The position numbers and the translations under genes were made by a program. A stretch of 45,627 nt of DNA from Phoronis australis (taxonomy: Eukaryota > Animalia > Phoronida). How positions within the stretch are numbered: the first letter of the stretch is position 1; each line of letters opens with the position of its first letter. The notes under the pieces are model-generated. The model made no database searches and was not told the DNA's origin. It saw only the letters and a list, made by a program, of their open reading frames with translations. This document shows positions 39,068 to 45,627 of this stretch, piece by piece. The stretch is from assembly GCA_002633005.1 (NCBI GenBank), contig NMRA01000932.1:49704-95330 (forward strand). Direction: 5' to 3'.

Positions 39068-39310
39068 TAATGGCTGTATGACTATTGGTTACTAGCTTTT
39101 GGAGGGTGGTGGATAGTAATGGCTGTATGACTATTGGTTACTAGCTTTTGGAGGGTGATGGATAGTAATGGCTGTATTACTATTGTTTACTAGCTTTTGG
39201 AGGGTGATGGATAGTAATGGCTGTATTACTATTGGTTACTAGCTTTTGGAGGGTGATGGATAGTAATGGCTGTATGACTATTGGTTACTAGCTTCTGGAA
39301 GGTGATGGAT
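39068..39310. repeat. 49-bp tandem repeat x5
   Basis: TAATGGCTGTATGACTATTGGTTACTAGCTTTTGGAGGGTGATGGATAG. Confidence 0.95.
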
Positions 39311-39437
39311 GGATAGGATTTTGACTTTGTGAATGGCAACTAAATTTGTCGAAACAGCACTAAAATTGCTTTTATTTTAAAACAGCTTTATGGTGGTGTG
39401 AATCACTCTCATGAATTACACAAGTTAGAAAAGTGTC

Positions 39438-39643
39438 AGTTTGTTCTTCTCTATATAGTCACGTGGCTGTCACCTCTCTACACACAGAGTTTGTTCTTCT
39501 CTATATAGTCACGTGGCTGTCACCTCTCTACACACAGAGTTTGTTCTTCTCTATATAGTCACATGGTTGTCACCTCTCTACACACAGAGTTTGTTCTTCT
39601 CTATATAGTCACGTGGCTGTCACCTCTCTACACACAGAGTTTG
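39438..39643. repeat. 50-bp tandem repeat x4
   Basis: AGTTTGTTCTTCTCTATATAGTCACGTGGCTGTCACCTCTCTACACACAG. Confidence 0.95.
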
Positions 39644-39707
39644 ATCCACTCCACTTAAATACTGTCCTTGTTGGTTAATTGTAATCTGGCTGTTGACTGT
39701 TTTATAG

Positions 39708-42700
39708 GCTAGAAGACAATCGGAAGTTATTTGAAGAGTTAAAGGCTGAATATGGTGACCATTTGCCCGTGTATTCATCTTGGTTACAAGCCATTGATGG
39801 TCACAAGGTACTTGATTAATTCTACTTTATATTACAGTTAAGGACCTTACATTTATCACATTAGGTGGTTTCATACTCCAGTGAACAGTTCTGGCCAGGA
39901 GTTCTGTAGAGATAGATTTCAAGAGATCATTGATTTTTATTGAATGTAAAACTGTGCCCAGCACAAAGAAAACTCGCAACTGGCAAGATTGGAAAGATCT
40001 GAGATCTCTAATCCAAAATTGGTAGTACCTCAAATATCCAATGGGTTTCTCAGTGCGAGGCAGCAATTGATATGCCACTTTCGATGCTCCGTGGATGAAA
40101 TTCTGCAATTTGGAAGTTAGGTCAAAAACAGCAAAGCTGGTTCTGGTTTTTACCCCAACTCTGTGCTCACCATTAAAAAATATCCTCCTTTATTTCTTTC
40201 TGCCAAGGTTTCGTGTTTTGTTTTGGAAAGCTGTAAAAAGGCGCATTAACAAGGTTAAGCAAGGTTTGAAACTGATTTGCCAAGCAACGAATAAAAAAAT
40301 CCCACATCATATTTCCTTGTACCGGGGAGATTTCTGTTATTGAAAAAAGTGAGCAACTAAAAATACAGCACTGCCAACTCAATTTTCAAAAAAAGAACAT
40401 AGACCAGAATCAGTTAGGGCTGTTCCAGCAAAATCTGTATGGGAGGGGGGAAGGCACTTTTATTTCGTACCCACCGCCCATATTTTTCATTTATTTCTCC
40501 GACCCATGACCCATAATTTTTTTATTATTTTTATAGATTGAAATATAAAATCCAATACTTGCAAACAAATTGCCTCCAGGAGGACCTGTTAAGAACTTAG
40601 ATGATTGACAGACAAGAACTAGTTGTCTTGTCCAATATTGTCAAAAACTAAAGTAGCCTGTGAGCAATACTTTTGGCAGCCACCAGGTGTCTCTGTTCAC
40701 CATGTGTCTATAATTTCAATGAACATTTTTTCAATTATAAGGATCTATGAATCTCAAACTGTCTCCACGAACTCTTTTATACTTCTATGTCAAGTGAATA
40801 TTGGAACTTGTTTATCTTACTCCTCATACTTTTTATTTAAAAATCATCAATTTTCTTATATGTGTTAACACCAGTTTAGTGTTGCATAACTTTTCAATTC
40901 AATAGGACTGCAGACTAACAGTTGGCTCAAATCAAGTTGCCCATGACTTGATTAATGGCTTAGTGAAGATATTGCACTCTGTTCACTGGCAATATGGGCT
41001 TTTTTGTATTGGGATAAGTTAGGATGTATGCCAATTGCATTTATTTTTTAGTTTTGACGCTGAAGTAACCAACTTGTCAACATTAACAGGTCAAAAAATA
41101 CCACCCCGCATTTTTAATGCATCACTTCTTACAGGAACGACCACCCATAATTTGAGTTTTTTTCTGAAGACCACCACCCATGAATTTTTATTTCTACTGC
41201 CATTCACCCCTCCCACACGGATTTTACTGGAACAGCCCTTATGCTTTTTTGCCCAAACCGTTTTTCTTGGAAAATCATTGTGAAATACTGACAGTTTTAG
41301 TGTTGCCGTAAATGCGTTCCTTTAATTTTTTCTAACTGCAGGTCATGCAAATAAAAATTGAAATCCCAAAAAAGTTTAAAGTACCCTTACTTGAAAATGG
41401 CACAATGATCGGTCAAGGTGGCAGGCATAACGTTTTTGCGTTACAGGTTTCATGAACTTACCAGAAGCTCGGATTTCCCAGAAATGATAGACTAGATTCT
41501 TTTGCCTTGGATTGGTCCGAATCTATAATACCTTTGTACAATCAGACAATAAGACCTATGAGACCTCATTTCACCAAGCGGCAAGCGACTGCAAAAATAA
41601 AACATTTTGATGCCTGTGTGTTCTGGAAAACTTCAAAATTATGTAGACGAGTTTGTTGGAAAACAAAGCACCGGAAAATGTTGTGTCTTGAAGATATGCT
41701 TAGTAAGTTGAGCGACACAATTTTGAGGTCTTGTTGAGCATGTGAAGTTCAGATTGGAACGGCCACAGACAATCTGAGGTCATAGTGGGTGAGCTGGTAC
41801 TTGCCAAATCGGTTGCTGTAAAAGGAACAAAGTAAAAACAAATACTTCTCATTTATTTAGTCTTCAAACTGCAAAGTTTGGTGACTGGAACAAAAAATTA
41901 CATTATGGTATTTTTCAGTGTTCGATGGATATCAAAAGTGTTTGTTCAACTACTAGACACTAAAATCTCAACGTCGTTGGATGTAATATGGATGACAAGC
42001 AACATTTCATATTTTGTGAAACATATATTGTGCAAAATTATATGACATTTCCCTTTTCAAGTTCTGGTCCATGGCTTCCATGAAACACAGTACTAAATGT
42101 GGGCATTCACTGCAATGTTGGAAACCCGTAGAAATGAAAAAGGGTCATTTTCGGCAATTTATTTTGTTGAAAGTTAGTGAGGTTTTGCCGTATTTTGCTG
42201 AGAACTCTAAATAGCATTGGGATGCCTAAGATGATGGATGATTTGTGTTATTTTTGAAATTTTGTTTGATTTAACAATATTATGTAATCATGGTGTTGTT
42301 TACAGGATCGGTTGAAGAGGCTCCCTGAAGTTATAGCCGCTGCCCGAGAAGTTGTCTCCCGTGTCGACCAGGGAGTACTAGCTACGTATTATGGAACAAA
42401 GAATAACGACAGTAGACCTGATGCAGCATTAGTCAAAATGTAAGCTTTGTTTCCTTAATCTAAGAACCATTTGCTTTCTAGTTATGTAGGGCCTTATCCA
42501 AAAGTCATTTAGCAAAATCTTTACACAAAAAATGTAGAATTTAACTTGGTAAAAGAATATATTTTCTGAAAGCAGAAATTCCGTAGCATTTGATTTTTGA
42601 CTTAATAATGTCATTAGTTGGTACACTCAGCGACACAACAGGATCAACGACATGACCGAATTTCATAATATTCAAGATGAAATGTCAAAAATGCTTTACA

Positions 42701-45285
42701 GTTTTCTAAATTATCGTTTGGTTTTTGGCATTAAAAAATCATAAATATCACATAAGTCTTATTTTTGATAGCTCCTCATGCAAAAGTGGAAGATTGTAAA
42801 CACAATTCCTAACAACCTTTTGGTTAATAGTGTGCATAAAGCATTAGTCCCGTCCACACACAGCCTACCCTAGTGCAACTAGTGCACTAGTGCAACTTAC
42901 CAGACTTTTAAGTGGAGCGTCCACAACATAGGCAGAAATTGCCGCTCTGTGCATGACAAAGAACACCTGATACGAGTATGACACGCAAAAGAAAACCCGT
43001 CTGTATGTAACCACAGCTGATATTTACTTCTGCCTTGCCCCATGTTTGCGGTCATACACAAATTAGAAGTGGCAAAAATTGCCCTAGAACAAGTTACCCC
43101 ACCTCGATAAGGTGGAGTAAGTTGTCACAAGCGGGGTAAGTTGGACAAATTTAAAGAGCATCCCCAAAGTGTCCAAACCTTGCGACAATTTGCTTCAGGA
43201 GTAACTTGTTCTATGGTAAGTCTGTGTGTGGACAACACTATAGTGTCTGTGTGTTGACGCCACTGTAGTGTCTGTGTGTGGACGACACTGTAGTGTCTGT
43301 GTGTGGACGACACTGTAGTGTCTGTGTGAGGACAACACTATAGTGTCTGTGTGTGGACGACACTGTAGTGTCTGTGTGAGGACAACACTATAGTGTCTGT
43401 GTGTGGACGACACTGTAGTGTCTGTGTGAGGACAACACTATAGTGTCTGTGTGTGGACAACACTATAGTGTCTGTGTGTGGACGACACTGTAGTGTCTGT
43501 GTGAGGACAACACTATAGTGTCTGTGTGTGGACGACACTGTAGTGTCTGTGTGTGGACGACACTATAGTGTCTGTGTGAGGACAACACTATAGTGTCTGT
43601 GTGTGGACGACACTGTAGTGTCTGTGTGTGGATGACACTGTAGTGTCTGTGTGTGGACGACACTGTAGTGTCTGTGTGTGGACGACACTGTAGTGTCTGT
43701 GTGTGGACGACACTGTAGTGTCTGTGTGTTGATGCCACTATAGTGTCTGACAGTTTCATGTGAATTCATTTCTGACATATGATGCTCTGAAGTTGGCTAA
43801 AATTGAACATTTTTCTAGGAACCCACCTAAGCTTAACAAAGGCTTGTATCACAATCATAAGTTAGGATAGATGCGGGACTATTATAAACACAGTGTAGCT
43901 TTGTAAAGTCCTTCATTTTGACGCTGTGCATTTTGTTGTTACGAAGTCTTAATCCATTTTGCTTCAACATATAAACGACTACCTATCTTGTCAAATCTAC
44001 TTGCAAAATGGAATGTTAATTTTGTATATCACGTCTATTCCAAGTTTGGACAGTGCTACTATTCGTCCTTGTTAAGATGACATAAATGGTGAGTAAGTAT
44101 CTAGATTTTGGGCCAGATTCATATACATGAATTATTTTTCACTGCTTCAAACTGAATAATTTTTACTGTGTTTTTGGCATGTTATCATGTTTTTCTCACC
44201 ATTTTTGTGCCATCTGTTTAGTGAAATGGACAAAAACAAGACTAGCCTCATTGACGCGTTGGTGCGACTGGGATGTGCACAGGCTGACATCTTGCAGGAA
44301 AAGTTAAAAGGCAATGGGGGTGGTGACACTGTAGAAGGGGAGATAACTCTGAAGACTCTGGATGAGACATTAGCTGAGCTACAGAAGTGGACAGATATAA
44401 ATGACTCCAAGGTGAATCATCATTTTTGTGATTAATTGTAATCAATTAATTTTTAAAAGCCACGCGAGGTTTAAAATACTGGCTTTTTATGGCCATAAAA
44501 CATTAATTCTATAAATACGTTTATTAGTATATATACTTAGAATTTCAGAAATTCAACTATAAGTAATAATTCGGTATTTTCTTTAAAAGTCGCTTACTGA
44601 AAGTCTGCATTGCTTCATTCATGCGGTGACCTTTAGTGTAGAATGTTTGGCATAGCAATCAAGAAGTTTTTAACCTTTGCCGTCCAAAGCAGTTGGTTTA
44701 CTGGTGCTCATATGCCAGTTTGACTAAAGGATTGCTTCGTGTGTTTGCCAGCCAGTTGAATGACTTCATTGTCTGTCATTTTATCCTGACCACCCTGCTC
44801 GTGAAGGTTTTTGTCCAGAATGTGATGACTCACATCTGTGTGCTACACATGTTACTGTTTTGGGTTTTAATTCAAATTGAATTTAGTTCATGTAGTGCAG
44901 AAATTGGATAGCTTAAATAGAAAAAACGATTTTACTTGAAATAATTTCTTTTCACTTCCTTATTTATTCCCACACGAACATATTAAGCAGAGCTTGTAAA
45001 CTGCCTCACTGAAGCCTGTGTTTAACCGAAACTGCAAATCTCAGTGTTGCGTGGAACATACCAATGCCATGTTTGTAGAACACAAGTCAGTTCATGTGGG
45101 CGTGTACAGGTCTATCTACCTTTTTTGATGTGCTGTACTCTACTCGGGTGTCATGTCCGTTACAGGTATTCCAGTTTAGTGTTCGTCATGCCAAAGCTTA
45201 CCAACATCATGGACGGGCACTGAAGATGCTTCTTAAACAACAAGAAGACAAACCCACCAAGGAACAGGAGCGGAAGGTGATAGCT
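39708..45285 (+). CDS. TPP2: Tripeptidyl-peptidase II, C-terminal exons only (partial)
   Basis: Exons 39708-39807 (LFEELKAEYGDHLPVY), 42306-42439 (DRLKRLPEVIAAAREVVSRVDQ..RPDAA), 44222-44411 (EMDKNKTSLIDALVRLGCAQAD..KWTD) and 45166-45285 (HGRALK..KPTKE); phase-consistent and colinear with the recalled vertebrate TPP2 C-terminus ([43 protein letters not shown]). Confidence 0.9.
40417..41238. mobile_element. PIF/Harbinger-type (Tourist-like) MITE
   Basis: TIR of about 30 bp GGGCTGTTCCAGCAAAATCTGTATGGGAGGGG / CCCCTCCCACACGGATTTTACTGGAACAGCCC; TTA duplication at 40414-40416 and 41239-41241. Confidence 0.85.
42650..42845 (+). repeat. Interspersed repeat, copy 2 (see 6053-6270)
   Basis: Colinear similarity; ends where the next MITE begins. 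Confidence 0.7.
42845..43240. mobile_element. MITE family 'GTCCACACACAG', copy C
   Basis: TAGTCCCGTCCACACACAGCCTACCCTAG / CTATGGTAAGTCTGTGTGTGGACAACACTA. Confidence 0.7.
43220..43750. repeat. 25-bp tandem repeat, about 21 copies, derived from the MITE terminus
   Basis: GTCTGTGTG(T/A)GGAC(G/A)ACACT(G/A)TAGT. Confidence 0.95.
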
Positions 45286-45627
45286 GTAAGTTGCATCATA
45301 AAATTGTTTGTTCTAGTTATTAATACAATTCCTCATAGTCCAATGATCATTCAGAACACCTTGAGCCTGGTAGGCTTAAATTTTCCCTCAGAGGCGAACG
45401 TTGTGTGCGCATGTGGAGTCTTTAGTCATATGGAATGTCATGCGACCTTTGAACTACAGAATGATTGGCTGTGTTACTGTACTTCCCACATGCACAGGTA
45501 ACGTTCACCTCCAAGAGGAAATTTTGAGACTGTGAAATTACCTGTTTTTTAGTTACTCTGAATGTCCAAAGCAGTATCTCACCTGGAGCTGTGTACATGT
45601 AGCATACCTCCTGAATTTTCTTACTAT

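Noticed and set aside
37287-39807. In-frame MMAB-TPP2 fusion protein
   Set aside because: Donor is phase 0 and acceptor phase 2; the join stops after 8 codons, and no bridging exon was found.
24581-43750. Tandem arrays as CRISPR
   Set aside because: No unique spacers, no cas genes, and the context is eukaryotic introns.
43125-43778. STHRHYSVV-repeat ORFs
   Set aside because: Translations of the 25-bp minisatellite.

Overview
AT-rich, intron-containing invertebrate animal genomic DNA. Left to right: (1) 3' exons of a divergent POT/SLC15-like transporter (+); (2) a convergent, intronless, inducible-type HSP70 (-) with a TATA box and three heat-shock elements; (3) a 5'-truncated, decayed RTEX-like LINE; (4) a complete 9-coding-exon mevalonate kinase (MVK, -) head-to-head with MMAB (+, exons 1-6 only), as in mammals, with a perfect SRE-1 and a YY1 motif between them; (5) four C-terminal exons of tripeptidyl-peptidase II (+) that follow MMAB exon 6, with neither the MMAB 3' end nor the TPP2 5' part found. 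Introns hold two Kolobok-like deletion derivatives, MITEs, TE-derived minisatellites and a solo LTR (35321-36079, CTTTG target duplication). The LTR's U3 region has an hsp70-like TATA plus HSE array pointing antisense to MMAB. Exon boundaries and homology calls come from manual translation and recalled family motifs; no database searches were run.
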